This document shows, one piece after another, positions 16,625 to 26,822 of a stretch of 35,662 nt of DNA. Numbering within the stretch: the first letter of the stretch is position 1; the number at the start of each line of letters is the position of its first letter. This DNA comes from an uncultured Candidatus Bathyarchaeia archaeon (GTDB lineage: Archaea > Thermoproteota > Bathyarchaeia > Bathyarchaeales > DTEX01). The notes beneath the pieces were generated by a model. The model saw only the letters and a list, made by a program, of their open reading frames with translations, searched no databases and was not told the DNA's origin. The DNA is taken from NCBI GenBank assembly GCA_964398235.1, contig CAYNMB010000001.1:1-35662 (forward strand), in the 5' to 3' direction. The position numbers and the translations under genes are program-made.

Positions 16625-17322
16625 TGAAAATTTACGTTGGTACATCTGGATGGGCATACGACTGGAATAAAGGTGGAAGCTTAGATTGGTATGTTAAAAA
16701 TTCTGGATTAAATGCAATAGAGCTTAACGCTAGCTTCTATAGATTTCCCTTTCGAAATGCTATTAATTCATGGAGAGTGAAAGGAAAAAATCTTAGATGG
16801 GCGATTAAAGTCAATCGACTGATAACCCACCTCTTTAAATTCAATGAAAAAGCATTTGAGCTATGGAAAAAATTTAATGAACTATTTAAGTCAATGGATC
16901 ACTTAATCGATTTTTACCTTTTCCAGCTTCCCCCTTCAATGAAAACCTCTATTGTTCCAAAGATAGAGGTCTTCATAAAGAAAACTGATTTAAGCAGAAG
17001 GTTTGCTCTTGAACCGAGAAACATCTCATGGTTTAATGAAAGCATTGTTAAATGGGCCTCCGACCTAGGCATAACTCTTGTGAGTGTTGACTGCCCAAAT
17101 TTACCGAGAACCATATTCAACACGAATGATATTATTTACGAGCGTATGCACGGTAGAACCATATGGTATGGACACTATTATTCGAACGAAGAATTACGGG
17201 AAGTTGCTGAAAAAATAATCAAAACAGAGGCACAGAAAGCCTACGTCTTCTTTAACAATGATCATGCTATGCTCGAAAACTCTAGGAAAATGTTGACCTT
17301 GTTGAAACAATACTCAAACTAA
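16624..17322 (+). CDS. DUF72 (UPF0759/YecE-like) protein
   Basis: The sequence MKIYVGTSGWAYDWNKG....FYRFP is typical of DUF72. Its ATG overlaps the purB stop (TAATG). Confidence 0.8.
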   Translation: MKIYVGTSGWAYDWNKGGSLDWYVKNSGLNAIELNASFYRFPFRNAINSWRVKGKNLRWAIKVNRLITHLFKFNEKAFELWKKFNELFKSMDHLIDFYLFQLPPSMKTSIVPKIEVFIKKTDLSRRFALEPRNISWFNESIVKWASDLGITLVSVDCPNLPRTIFNTNDIIYERMHGRTIWYGHYYSNEELREVAEKIIKTEAQKAYVFFNNDHAMLENSRKMLTLLKQYSN

Positions 17323-17369
17323 TTTTTCTGTTTTAGCGAATATGTAGGAGAGCATGAAAGAGCCAAAAA

Positions 17370-18722
17370 TTAAATTATTTGTGCCTCCAAATAATTTATA
17401 TGCGCCTCAATAACCCTAACTTCAATAATTTTCCCTAGAAGATTTTCATCACTTTTTATCACGATAGGTTTGTATGCAAAATTTCTCCCAACCCACGAAT
17501 CTCTAGGCCCTTTCTCATCTATGAGTATCTTTCCTTCCCATCCAACCCAGCTTAAATTCCTTTCAAGTGAAATCCTACTGGCAAGATGAGTCATCATCCG
17601 GCTTCTGAATGCTACTTCTTTGGAATCGATCTGTTTCATCTGGGCGGCTGGCGTATTTGGCCTCGGGAAGAACTTTGAAATGTTAACTATGTCTGGCTTA
17701 ACTTCCTCAATAAGCTTCATAGTTTTTTCAAAGGCCTCCCTGCTTTCCCCCGGAAAACCGCAAATAACATCCGTAGCAATAGTTATGTTCGGCATCCTTT
17801 CTCTAAAACATCGGACAATTTCTTTAAACTCCTCAACAGTATACTTCCTATTCATCATCTTCAAAACTTCATTATCGCCGCTTTGAACTGGCAAATGCAC
17901 AAATTTAAAGATTCGTTCATCTTCATATGCTCCTATTAAATCCGAAAGAATTTTCAGGACATGGGCTGGATTCATCATGCCAACCCTTATAAAAAATCTT
18001 CCGCTTACCTTGCAACATTCCTTAAGTAGATTCGCTAAATTGGTTTTTATATCAAAACCATAGGCTCCATTATCCTGAGAGGTCAGCCAAATTTCTTTAA
18101 CTCCTTCAGAAACCGCATTTTTTAATTTTTTAACTATTGAACTAACCGGATATGAAAATAATGTGCCTCTTGCAAATCTGACACAACAATAGGAACATGC
18201 GCCAAGACATCCCTCAGAGATAGGTATGATCTCAATAACAGGATTAAGTCTAATCTGCGGCTCCTCTGTTTTGACATATGGTTTTTCAGAAAAGAAAATC
18301 TTATTTCTCTCACCTTTCTCAGCGGACTTTAAAGCTAAAACAATCTTATTAACGCTATACGGATCTACAATGGCTGAGAAGTTTGGAGCAGCTTTAATTA
18401 CCGCCTTAAAATCAATCTTTGGAAGACAGCCAGTAATTATGAGCCGTTTATTAAAACGGCTTAGGAAACGTAACCTATTCAATATGCGGTCTTCAGTCTG
18501 TTTCTTTACCCCACAGGTATTTATCAAAATAAAATCGGCTTCCTCTACATTAGTGGTGACTCTGTAACCAGAATTCAATATGTAAGCAAGCATTATTTCA
18601 AGATCCGCTTTATTTGCCGCACACCCATAGCTTTCTATATAAACACTCCTTCCTGATCCACCATCCGTAAAACTTGTAAATTTAGCTAATGACTTCTCCA
18701 TAGAAATCTCAGTTTTTTGCAT
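17370..18722 (-). CDS. Radical-SAM methylthiotransferase, MiaB/MtaB family (archaeal/eukaryotic CDKAL1-like type) with a C-terminal TRAM domain
   Basis: The N-terminal MTTase domain is VYIESYGCAANKADLEIM. The radical SAM motif is CLGACSYCCV. The C-terminal beta-rich stretch resembles a TRAM domain. I chose ATG 18722 because an ATATAAAA box (18748-18755) about 25 nt upstream fits a leaderless transcript. The alternative starts are TTG 18731 and ATG 18701. Confidence 0.85.
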   Translation of the reverse strand: MQKTEISMEKSLAKFTSFTDGGSGRSVYIESYGCAANKADLEIMLAYILNSGYRVTTNVEEADFILINTCGVKKQTEDRILNRLRFLSRFNKRLIITGCLPKIDFKAVIKAAPNFSAIVDPYSVNKIVLALKSAEKGERNKIFFSEKPYVKTEEPQIRLNPVIEIIPISEGCLGACSYCCVRFARGTLFSYPVSSIVKKLKNAVSEGVKEIWLTSQDNGAYGFDIKTNLANLLKECCKVSGRFFIRVGMMNPAHVLKILSDLIGAYEDERIFKFVHLPVQSGDNEVLKMMNRKYTVEEFKEIVRCFRERMPNITIATDVICGFPGESREAFEKTMKLIEEVKPDIVNISKFFPRPNTPAAQMKQIDSKEVAFRSRMMTHLASRISLERNLSWVGWEGKILIDEKGPRDSWVGRNFAYKPIVIKSDENLLGKIIEVRVIEAHINYLEAQII

Positions 18723-18918
18723 TTTTAACAAAAGAATTAGGAAGCCATTTTATATGGTTTACTCTTTTTACACTCTTAGCCTAAAAGCTTCAACCTAATA
18801 ATACTCGAGCTAAACGTAATTCTCATAATTTTTGACAATAGTTTACCGAGCTTAAGCGTTAATTTTATAAATGAATGGAGCAAACATGTTTAAATCATAT
18901 TTTGATATTATTATGCAA

Positions 18919-18926
18919 CTATTTAT
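18919..18926 (+). promoter_or_regulatory. Putative TATA box (CTATTTAT) for the RHH-ftsZ transcript
   Basis: It lies about 38 nt upstream of the RHH ATG. That would give a short leader carrying GGTGA. The call rests on position only. Confidence 0.25.
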
Positions 18927-18962
18927 CCAATTTCATTTACCTCATTCTTATGGTGATTGAAG

Positions 18963-19130
18963 ATGAAGCTTATCACGATCTATCTTCCTGAACCATATCT
19001 CGAAGCTCTGGATGAACTGGTAAATAGGCGATATTATCCTCATAGAGCTGAGGCAATAAGAGCCGCGATTCGAGATTTAATTGAAGTTGAGCTGTGGAGA
19101 CGGAATAGACATGGCAAAACTAGCAAGTAA
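18963..19130 (+). CDS. cdrS: Small ribbon-helix-helix (CopG/MetJ-type) DNA-binding protein, CdrS-like, overlapping the ftsZ start; absent from the ORF track
   Basis: My translation is [55 protein letters not shown] (55 aa). It shows the classic RHH layout: an N-terminal beta strand, helix LEALDELV, then helix [18 protein letters not shown] lies upstream. The gene ends 20 nt inside ftsZ in another frame. Confidence 0.8.
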   Translation: MKLITIYLPEPYLEALDELVNRRYYPHRAEAIRAAIRDLIEVELWRRNRHGKTSK

Positions 19131-20226
19131 GGCATTACAATATATGTGGAATGAGAATCTTCCTCAAGGTATTCGGGAGCCCGGTTACTGCCGCATACTT
19201 GTCATTGGTGTAGGAGGCGCGGGAAACAATACCGTAAACAGGCTGATGGAAATTAATGTGACTGGAGCGGAATGTATAGCGATTAACACTGACCTACAGC
19301 ACTTAAACGCTGTGCATGCGCATCAAAAAATCCTTATAGGCGAAAAGCTTACGCGTGGTTTAGGCTCAGGTGGAAATCCGGAGATTGGTAGAGCTGCAAT
19401 TGAAGAATCCATAGAGCAAGTGGAAAAAGTTCTGACTGATGCTGACATAGTTTTTGTGACTGCCGGTATGGGTGGTGGAACAGGAACTGGCGCCGCGCCC
19501 ATTGTCGCTAAACTTGCCAGAGAGAAGGGAGCAATAGTTATAGGCGTCGTTACAATGCCCTTCAAAATAGAGAGAGGTAGAATAGCATACGCCCTCAAAG
19601 GATTAACTGAAATGCAAAGAGAATGCGATACAGTCATCGTCATAGATAACAATAAGCTAATGTGGCTTGTACCACACCTTCCGATAAACGAAGCTTTCAG
19701 GGTTGGAGATCAAGTTTTGGCAAATATGATTAAAGGCATAACTGAAATTATATCAATGCCAAGCCTAATAAATCTAGATTTTGCCGACTTCAAAACAATA
19801 ATAAAGCGTGGCGGAGTAGCCATAGCGGGGATAGGGGAATCGAATGCGCCAAATAGAGCTGAGGATGCGGTTCAAAAGGCATTAAGAATGCCGCTTTTAG
19901 ATGTAGATTACAGTGGCGCTAATGGAGCTTTGATCCACGTTTCAGGTGATGAAAGCTTAACTATTGAGGAAGCGAATAGAGTTGGCGAAATAGTAACGCA
20001 GATGATGAGCGAAGATGCTTTAGTTATATGGGGCGCAAGAGTTGATCCAAGCTTAGCCGGATCCCTCAAAGTTACACTCATTATGACTGGCGTAAAGTCT
20101 CCATACCTATTGAGTGGCTTTGTTTCAAAAGCTAATGAAGTATACAATCTAGATCCGGAGAAGCGTTCAGAAAAACGGCTGAAAATTAACTTAGATTTGG
20201 ATGAAATACCAGTTCTAAGCGACTAG
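19111..20226 (+). CDS. ftsZ: Cell division GTPase FtsZ
   Basis: Signatures are [17 protein letters not shown], the tubulin motif [12 protein letters not shown] and NTDLQHL. ATG 19111 has GGAG 13 nt upstream. The ORF-track TTG 19081 and ATG 19147 are alternatives. Confidence 0.93.
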   Translation: MAKLASKALQYMWNENLPQGIREPGYCRILVIGVGGAGNNTVNRLMEINVTGAECIAINTDLQHLNAVHAHQKILIGEKLTRGLGSGGNPEIGRAAIEESIEQVEKVLTDADIVFVTAGMGGGTGTGAAPIVAKLAREKGAIVIGVVTMPFKIERGRIAYALKGLTEMQRECDTVIVIDNNKLMWLVPHLPINEAFRVGDQVLANMIKGITEIISMPSLINLDFADFKTIIKRGGVAIAGIGESNAPNRAEDAVQKALRMPLLDVDYSGANGALIHVSGDESLTIEEANRVGEIVTQMMSEDALVIWGARVDPSLAGSLKVTLIMTGVKSPYLLSGFVSKANEVYNLDPEKRSEKRLKINLDLDEIPVLSD

Positions 20227-20233
20227 ACTTTGA

Positions 20234-20884
20234 CTAGAGAAAAATTTTCCAAGCCCTTTTTATTCTTAATGTTAGTGGTATCCCTTTACCCACTGGTGTT
20301 GTTAGCCCCCTCCGTATAGCTTTAATTACGTCGTCAACACTATCCCCATCATTATTTATGAGCGTATATGCCAAACCTATTGTTTCAGGCATATGGGAAT
20401 CGCTTCCCGCAGTTTGAGGAATATTGTATCGTTCGGCAAATTTTTTGGCTAAATACGTCAGTGGAAGAAAGGGGAAAACTGATGAATTTACGACTTCAAT
20501 AGCATCCAAACCTAAATTAAGTATTTTATGATTGAGTCCTAATCCATCTTTTAAAAGCGTTTGTGGATGGGCAGCTATAGCTATTCCGCCAGCTTCATGT
20601 ATTCTTTCGATGGTTTCCTCAACGCTTAATCCACTTGGTATAGGTTCCATAACATTTATACCTAGGATGTGCCCCTCCTTTGTGGAGACTTCTATTCCCG
20701 GTATTATCAGAAGATCGTCAATATTGCTTTTGAGAATCTTTTTTGCTCCTTCAATAGTATCATGATCGGTTATAGCCGCTCCATCTAGGCCTTTTTGCCT
20801 CAATTGCTTAATAAGTTCTTCTAGGGTTATTAGACTATCTCCAGAATAACATGTGTGAACATGTAAATCTATTTTAAGCGGCAA
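20234..20884 (-). CDS. PHP-domain metal-dependent phosphoesterase
   Basis: The N-terminal IDLHVHTCYSGDS and later AHP and GSDSH histidine motifs are typical of the PHP family. The start is TTG with GAGGA upstream. The gene lies 15 nt downstream of metG on the same strand. Confidence 0.8.
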   Translation of the reverse strand: MPLKIDLHVHTCYSGDSLITLEELIKQLRQKGLDGAAITDHDTIEGAKKILKSNIDDLLIIPGIEVSTKEGHILGINVMEPIPSGLSVEETIERIHEAGGIAIAAHPQTLLKDGLGLNHKILNLGLDAIEVVNSSVFPFLPLTYLAKKFAERYNIPQTAGSDSHMPETIGLAYTLINNDGDSVDDVIKAIRRGLTTPVGKGIPLTLRIKRAWKIFL

Positions 20885-20899
20885 CTTCTATCCTCTATT

Positions 20900-22882
20900 C
20901 TAGCTTACCTTGCTTCCGGGACTCACGGGTTTTTCAGGCTGTATGAAAACGACTTTTTCTCCATCCTGAGCTGCTAGAATCATCACCTCAGATTCTATGC
21001 CAAATATTTTTCTGGGCTTAAGATTAGTCACAACTACGATGTTCTGTCCTTCCAGTTCTTCAGCCCTATAGTACTTGGCTATTCCAGCAACAGCTGTTTT
21101 TAGATTTCCCCCGCCTATATCGATTGTTAGTTTGAGAAGATTTTTAGATTTGGGCACGTGCTCAACTTTAACTATTTTGCCGACCCGCAAATCGATCTTT
21201 GAGAAATCTTCTATGGAAATTTTTTCAGTCTCAGATCTAATTTTATCAAGCATGGCTTGTAATTCCTCCTCTGAGAGTTTAATTTTGTTGAATAGAACCT
21301 TAGCTTCCTTAATTTTATGTCCGCTTGTTAAAGGTTTGAGTGCATCGTTCCAGAGAGCCTTTTCTGGCAAATTCAGTAGATCACGGATTCTTCGCGCGGT
21401 TGATGGAATGAATGGTTCGAGCAGAATTGAAAGGGCTTTAACTATCTGAGCTGAAACATATAAAGTGTTTGCTGCAGCTTCAATGTTAGTTTTAATTGTT
21501 TCCCACGGCTTCTTCTCATTAAGATACCTATTTCCAATGCGGCTTAATTCGATAACTTCACGAAGCGCCAACTGAAGTTGAAAGTTGCTTAATGCCGTAT
21601 CAACAGATTTAACTTTCTCTGTAATGGCTTCCAGAACTTTCTCATCTAATTTATCTAATCTTGAAATTTTTGGAACTTTGCTTCCAAAATAAGTGTTTAT
21701 GAATTTTAGCGTTCTATGAATAAAGTTGCCCAATGTGTCATTTAAGTCTGAGTTAACTTTCTCAAGGAAGATTTTCCATGTGAAATCTGAGTCCTTTGTT
21801 TCTGGGCGAATCGAAATTAAGGTATATCTCCAGTAGTCGACTGGGAACATCTTAATGGCTTCATCTATCCATATGCCTATTCTGCGGCTTTTTGAGGATT
21901 TCTGTCCGCCGAAGATAAGCCATTCATTCGTACAAACATTCCACGGAAGGTTATAATCTTCATGGGTTGCCATTAAAAGCGCTGGGAAAATCAATGTGTG
22001 GAACGGTATATTATCTTTGCCTATAAAATACAATGTTTTAGCGTCTTTGTTGAACCAGTATTCCTTCCATTTCTCGCCATCTCCATGTCTCTTAAAATAC
22101 TCGATTGTTGCGGAAACGTAACCTAAAACTGCATCAAACCAAACGTATATCGTCTTGTTTTCAGCGCCCTTGAACGGCGCAGGTATGCCCCACTTATTAT
22201 CCCTAGTTATTGGCCTCGGTTTTAATCCCTCTTTCAGCAAATTCAGACTAAAGTTACGGGCATTGTCAGGAAGCTGTCTGTTGCCTTCTATGTATGCTAG
22301 GAGCTTATCTTGAAATTTTGGCATGTCAAAATACCAATGTTTAACAGTTTTTATTGTTGGTGTTGCGCCACATATGGCGCAGCGCGGTTCTTTAAGCCTA
22401 GTTGGTTCCAGAAGGCGTCCACACTGTTCACATTGGTCTCCACGGGCTCGTTCATAGCCGCAATATGGGCATATGCCCTCAACAAATCTGTCCGGCAAAA
22501 AGCGTTGACATTTTGGACAGAATAGTAGCTCATCTTCTTTTGTGAATATGTAGCCATTCCGCTCTATTTTGAGCATCAAATTTCTTACAAACTCTTTATG
22601 GACGGGGCTTTCGGTTCTAGTGTAATTGTCGAATGAAATATTCCACTTTTTAAATAGAGATGAAACAATTTTATGGTTTCTGTCAGTTAACTCTTTGGGT
22701 GAAATTTTCTGCCTTATGGCTTCAATCTCTATTGGAGTGCCATGCTCATCTGAACCGCTTACAAATAGCACTTCGTCGCCTTTAAGCCTATAGTAGCGTG
22801 CGATAACATCCGCTGAGAGAATTGGCAATAAATTGCCTAGGTGAGGTATGTGATTGATGTATGGCCAAGCGGCGGTAACCAA
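20900..22882 (-). CDS. metG: Methionyl-tRNA synthetase with a C-terminal Trbp111/EMAPII-like tRNA-binding domain
   Basis: Evidence is AAWPYINHIPHLGNL (the HIGH-type motif of archaeal/eukaryotic MetRS), the zinc knuckles CPKC...CPYC...CEQC...CAIC, the KMSKS-equivalent KSSKS and the C-terminal DLRVGKIVKVEHVPKSKNLLKLTIDIG. The start is TTG, the first start codon after an in-frame stop. Confidence 0.93.
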   Translation of the reverse strand: MVTAAWPYINHIPHLGNLLPILSADVIARYYRLKGDEVLFVSGSDEHGTPIEIEAIRQKISPKELTDRNHKIVSSLFKKWNISFDNYTRTESPVHKEFVRNLMLKIERNGYIFTKEDELLFCPKCQRFLPDRFVEGICPYCGYERARGDQCEQCGRLLEPTRLKEPRCAICGATPTIKTVKHWYFDMPKFQDKLLAYIEGNRQLPDNARNFSLNLLKEGLKPRPITRDNKWGIPAPFKGAENKTIYVWFDAVLGYVSATIEYFKRHGDGEKWKEYWFNKDAKTLYFIGKDNIPFHTLIFPALLMATHEDYNLPWNVCTNEWLIFGGQKSSKSRRIGIWIDEAIKMFPVDYWRYTLISIRPETKDSDFTWKIFLEKVNSDLNDTLGNFIHRTLKFINTYFGSKVPKISRLDKLDEKVLEAITEKVKSVDTALSNFQLQLALREVIELSRIGNRYLNEKKPWETIKTNIEAAANTLYVSAQIVKALSILLEPFIPSTARRIRDLLNLPEKALWNDALKPLTSGHKIKEAKVLFNKIKLSEEELQAMLDKIRSETEKISIEDFSKIDLRVGKIVKVEHVPKSKNLLKLTIDIGGGNLKTAVAGIAKYYRAEELEGQNIVVVTNLKPRKIFGIESEVMILAAQDGEKVVFIQPEKPVSPGSKVS

Positions 22883-23093
22883 GACTTTCCCGAGTTTAAC
22901 GCACCCCCTACAATCAGAAAATAATTATAACTCTTATACTTAAATGAAACGGAAACCGTCCGAAAAATTGTTCTTTACTTGAGGTTTCATGTCATGAAAA
23001 TAGCGTTAGCTAGGGTTCTGGCTAGTGCTCATGTAATATTCCTTATATTTGCCATTTTCCCATAATGCATAAACTAGAAACTGAGGGTTCAAT

Positions 23094-25373
23094 TTGCGCT
23101 TAAAAATAATTGTTTCCGGCATAGTTCAGGGAGTTGGTTTTCGTCCATTTGTCTATCGTATAGCGATTAAAAACCGTCTAAATGGATATGTGCGAAATAG
23201 AGGAGATTCATGTGTTGAAATATTTGTTGAAGGAGAAGAATTAAACATAAAACGTTTTTTGGATGATCTCGTTAAAAAGAAGCCGCCGCTAGCCCGTATA
23301 CATGAAATAATCTCCACTCCAATCGGAGTGTCAAGTCAATATGAAGGCTTTACCATACGTAAAAGTTCTACTCAATCGGAGGTTTCCGGATCTATTATAC
23401 CGCCTGATGTAGCCATATGTGATGAATGTTTAAAAGAGATGCGTGATCCAGCTAACCCAAGATATGACTACTTCTTTATTACATGTGTAAACTGCGGTCC
23501 AAGATACACGATTATTGAGAGCGTCCCCTACGATAGAGAAAACACAACCATGCGAGACTTCCCAATGTGTGATTTTTGCAGATCGGAGTATGAAGATCCT
23601 TTGAACAGGAGATTTCATGCCCAAACCATCGCATGTCCAAAGTGTGGTCCAAAAATTTATCTCCTAACTAACGACGGAGAGCTTGTCAAGCATAAGGATC
23701 CTATAAGGGAATCTGGTAAATTGATTTCTGAGGGATACATTGTTGCCATCAAAGGTTACGGCGGCTTCCATATAGCGGCATCGACGCTTCTAGATGAACC
23801 GCTAATAAAATTGAGGAAGGTTAAACATAGGAGACAAAAACCTTTCGCCATAATGGCTAGAGATTTAAACACCGTGAAAACTTTTGCTGAAGTAAGTTCT
23901 TGGGAGGCTAGTGTATTAACCTCTTACACTCGACCAATAGTCCTTTTAAAGAAAAGTGAAAATTATTACTTGTCGGATTTAATCGCCCCAGGACTCCATA
24001 ATATTGGTGTCATGCTCCCTTACACTGGCTTACACTACATGTTGTTTGATGAAGTTTCAGATCCAGCATTTGTTATGACAAGTGCTAATCCGCCAAATCA
24101 ACCCATAGTAAAAGATGATGAGGAAGCATTTAGAAAATTATCTGAAGTTGCCGATTATTTTCTGATTCATAATAGGCGAATAGCCCATAGATGCGATGAC
24201 TCAGTTCTACGCATGCATGGGAATAAAATAGTGTTTATAAGGAGGTCTAGGGGATATGCTCCAGAACCCATATTATTGAAGCATGAAGTTAAACACTGTA
24301 CGCTTGGTTTGGGTGGTGAAAAAAATAACACATCATGCTTAATTCTTGGCGGAAAGGCTTTTATGTCGCAACATATTGGCGATGTAGAGAATCTAGAAAC
24401 CCTAGAATTTCTTAAAAATGCTTCTAAGGGGCTTATAGAGCTGACGAATAGTAAGGTTGAAGCAGTTGCATGCGATTTGCATCCAAAATTTGCATCAACC
24501 TTCTTAGCTGAAAAATTGTCTGAGGAAAACGGATGGGAGATTATTCGCGTTCAACATCATTTTGCTCATGTAGCGGCGCTTATGGCTGAGCATGGTGTTA
24601 GTGAAATTATTGGCGTATGTTGCGATGGCTACGGATATGGTTTAGATGGAAAAGCTTGGGGAGGGGAAATAATATTAGGCATAGCTTCAAGCAAGTCGAT
24701 AGAATTCAAACGTTTAGGACACTTGCAGGAGCAACCCATGGTTGGCGGCGACTTAGCAACACTTTATCCACTTAGAATGGCATGTGGAATACTTTACGGG
24801 CATATAGATGTGGAAAATTGGCTCATGAAAAATGCTTCTCATCTCCCTCATGGGGAAACGGAAGTTCAAGTAATCCTAAGTCAGCTTAAAAGAGGAGTCA
24901 GCATTAAAACAACAAGCTGCGGAAGAATATTGGACGCGGTCTCAGCAATTTTAGGCGTATGCTATGAAAGAACATATGAAGGTGAACCAGCTATGAAACT
25001 TGAATCCACAGCCATTGGTGGAAAAAGAGTTTTAAAAAAGAAACCTGTGATCCGCGGTAACACTTTGAATACTACGGAAATTGTAACCCTCATATTCGAG
25101 GAAAGAGAGAAGCTCCCAAAACGCGACTTAGCTTTCTCAATCCACGCCTACCTAGCTGAGGGGTTGGCGCAATTAGCCATAGAAAAGGCTTTGGAGAATG
25201 GAATTAAGACAATAGGTTTTTCAGGCGGGGTTGCATGTAATCAAATAATCGCTCAAATGATGCGAAAAATTGTTGAATCGAATGGCTTAACTTTTCTTAC
25301 TCATGAAGCCTTGCCGCCGGGTGATGGCGGCATTTCGCTTGGACAAGCCTTTACAGCCAGCCTTCTTCAATAA
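23094..25373 (+). CDS. hypF: [NiFe]-hydrogenase maturation carbamoyltransferase HypF
   Basis: The product has an acylphosphatase domain (VSGIVQGVGFRPFVYRIA) and two zinc-finger pairs (CDEC...CVNCGPRYT, CDFC...CPKCGP). It also has a YrdC-like and a Kae1-like domain. The start is TTG with GAGGG upstream. Confidence 0.93.
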   Translation: MRLKIIVSGIVQGVGFRPFVYRIAIKNRLNGYVRNRGDSCVEIFVEGEELNIKRFLDDLVKKKPPLARIHEIISTPIGVSSQYEGFTIRKSSTQSEVSGSIIPPDVAICDECLKEMRDPANPRYDYFFITCVNCGPRYTIIESVPYDRENTTMRDFPMCDFCRSEYEDPLNRRFHAQTIACPKCGPKIYLLTNDGELVKHKDPIRESGKLISEGYIVAIKGYGGFHIAASTLLDEPLIKLRKVKHRRQKPFAIMARDLNTVKTFAEVSSWEASVLTSYTRPIVLLKKSENYYLSDLIAPGLHNIGVMLPYTGLHYMLFDEVSDPAFVMTSANPPNQPIVKDDEEAFRKLSEVADYFLIHNRRIAHRCDDSVLRMHGNKIVFIRRSRGYAPEPILLKHEVKHCTLGLGGEKNNTSCLILGGKAFMSQHIGDVENLETLEFLKNASKGLIELTNSKVEAVACDLHPKFASTFLAEKLSEENGWEIIRVQHHFAHVAALMAEHGVSEIIGVCCDGYGYGLDGKAWGGEIILGIASSKSIEFKRLGHLQEQPMVGGDLATLYPLRMACGILYGHIDVENWLMKNASHLPHGETEVQVILSQLKRGVSIKTTSCGRILDAVSAILGVCYERTYEGEPAMKLESTAIGGKRVLKKKPVIRGNTLNTTEIVTLIFEEREKLPKRDLAFSIHAYLAEGLAQLAIEKALENGIKTIGFSGGVACNQIIAQMMRKIVESNGLTFLTHEALPPGDGGISLGQAFTASLLQ

Positions 25374-25419
25374 TTGCAATAAGCTTATTTATTTGAGCGT
25401 CTTTAAAGGTTCGATGAAA

Positions 25420-25650
25420 ATGTGCTTAGCAGTTCCAGCTAAGGTTTTAAAGATTAATGGCGATTTAGCTAAGGTTGATTTTGGCGGTGTTGTGAGAGAG
25501 GTTAACATCATGCTTGTGAATGCCAAAGTTGGCGATTACGTTTTAGTACACGCTGGATATGCCATACAGGTTCTGGATGAAAGAAAGGCTGAGGAAACCC
25601 TAGCAATCTGGAGAGAAATTATGGGGCTAAAAGATGTTGATGAAGCATGA
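25420..25650 (+). CDS. hypC: [NiFe]-hydrogenase maturation chaperone HypC
   Basis: The N-terminus MCLAVPAKVLKI carries the invariant Cys2 of HypC/HupF, and the product is 76 aa. The ORF-track start at 25303 overlaps the hypF 3' end and would bury Cys2. Confidence 0.9.
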   Translation: MCLAVPAKVLKINGDLAKVDFGGVVREVNIMLVNAKVGDYVLVHAGYAIQVLDERKAEETLAIWREIMGLKDVDEA

Positions 25651-26738
25651 AGTGGGAAAGAGGATTTAAGGATCCAATTTTAGCAAAGAAGATAGTGGAA
25701 AAAATTCATGAAATAACACCGAAAAATGATCATGTTAAAATATGTCATATTTGCGGGACTCATGAATGGGTTATTTCGCATAATGGAATAAGAAGCTTGT
25801 TACCGGAAAATGTTGAGGTTATAGCTGGACCTGGTTGTCCAGTCTGTATTGTTCCAGCGGCAGAAATAGATGAAGCGGTTCAGCTAGCGTTAGGCGGGGT
25901 TTCTGTAACATGTTTTGGCGATGTACTAAGAGTTCCAGGCTCAGACATGTCGCTTTTAGAGGCTAAGGCTAAGGGCGCTGATGTCAGAGTTGTCTATAGT
26001 GTTATGGACGCGGTTAAGATGGCCGAGAAAAATCCGGAGAAGGACTTCGTCTTTTTTGCAATAGGATTTGAAACAACAGCGCCATCAACAGCAGCTGAAA
26101 TTGTGAGGAAACCGCCAAGGAACCTGAGTTTTTTAGTTTCACATAGGTTGATTCCCCCAGCTATGGAATTTATGATTGGACTAGGCGATTTACAAATTGA
26201 CGCTTTTATTGCCCCAGGTCATGTAAGCACGATAATAGGTTTAGAGCCATATGTAATATTTCCAAAGGTTTATCGTATGCCAACAATTATTGCGGGCTTT
26301 GAACCAATAGACATTTTAATCGCTATTTATATGGCTCTCAGACAAATTGTAAAACGCACAGCCATACTAGAGAACGAATATAAGCGTGCGGTAACATGGG
26401 AGGGAAATGTGAAAGCTAAAACGTTAATCAATAAGGTTTTTAATGTTGTTGGCGCTCCATGGCGTGGACTAGGTAGGTTGCCTAACTCTGCCTTAAAAAT
26501 TAAAGATGTTTTTCGTGATTATGATGCCAGAGAAAAATATGGTGTTAAAATCAAGCGTGGTAGAGATATTCCACCCGGCTGTCAGTGTCATCTCGTCATC
26601 ATTGGGAAAATTAAACCCACCGAATGTCCCCTCTTTATGAGAGAATGTACTCCTCAAAAACCTTTGGGTGCATGCATGGTTAGTAGTGAGGGAACATGTC
26701 GAATATGGTCGCGCGTCATCTCAAATCCTCCACTTTAG
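25647..26738 (+). CDS. hypD: [NiFe]-hydrogenase maturation protein HypD
   Basis: HypD motifs are present: CHICGTHEW, GPGCPVCI, GFETTAPS and the C-terminal Cys cluster PGCQCH...C. There is an ATGA overlap with hypC. Confidence 0.93.
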   Translation: MKWERGFKDPILAKKIVEKIHEITPKNDHVKICHICGTHEWVISHNGIRSLLPENVEVIAGPGCPVCIVPAAEIDEAVQLALGGVSVTCFGDVLRVPGSDMSLLEAKAKGADVRVVYSVMDAVKMAEKNPEKDFVFFAIGFETTAPSTAAEIVRKPPRNLSFLVSHRLIPPAMEFMIGLGDLQIDAFIAPGHVSTIIGLEPYVIFPKVYRMPTIIAGFEPIDILIAIYMALRQIVKRTAILENEYKRAVTWEGNVKAKTLINKVFNVVGAPWRGLGRLPNSALKIKDVFRDYDAREKYGVKIKRGRDIPPGCQCHLVIIGKIKPTECPLFMRECTPQKPLGACMVSSEGTCRIWSRVISNPPL

Positions 26739-26822
26739 TAAAGACTAAGATAGAATGGACGGTAATATTCCTTAATCAATAACTTAAAGAGTCTCTTGAT
26801 GCAATTATTTTCTCTGTGAAAA

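Noticed and set aside
18871-18960. A 29-aa ORF ([29 protein letters not shown]) ending at the RHH ribosome-binding site. I considered a possible uORF.
   Set aside because: It has no SD and no protein-like features, and the likely TATA box for the RHH gene lies inside it. This is probably untranslated promoter DNA.
22820-22882. The MetRS HIGH motif reads HLGN rather than HxGH, and the N-terminus looks short. I wondered about a pseudogene or inactive enzyme.
   Set aside because: PHLGN is, to my recollection, the normal form in archaeal/eukaryotic-type MetRS. The TTG is the first possible start after an in-frame stop, and the rest of the enzyme is intact.
25303-25419. The N-terminal 39-aa extension of the hypC ORF in the track.
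   Set aside because: HypC function requires Cys directly after the initiator Met (MCLAVP). The extension overlaps the hypF 3' end and is not HypC-like.
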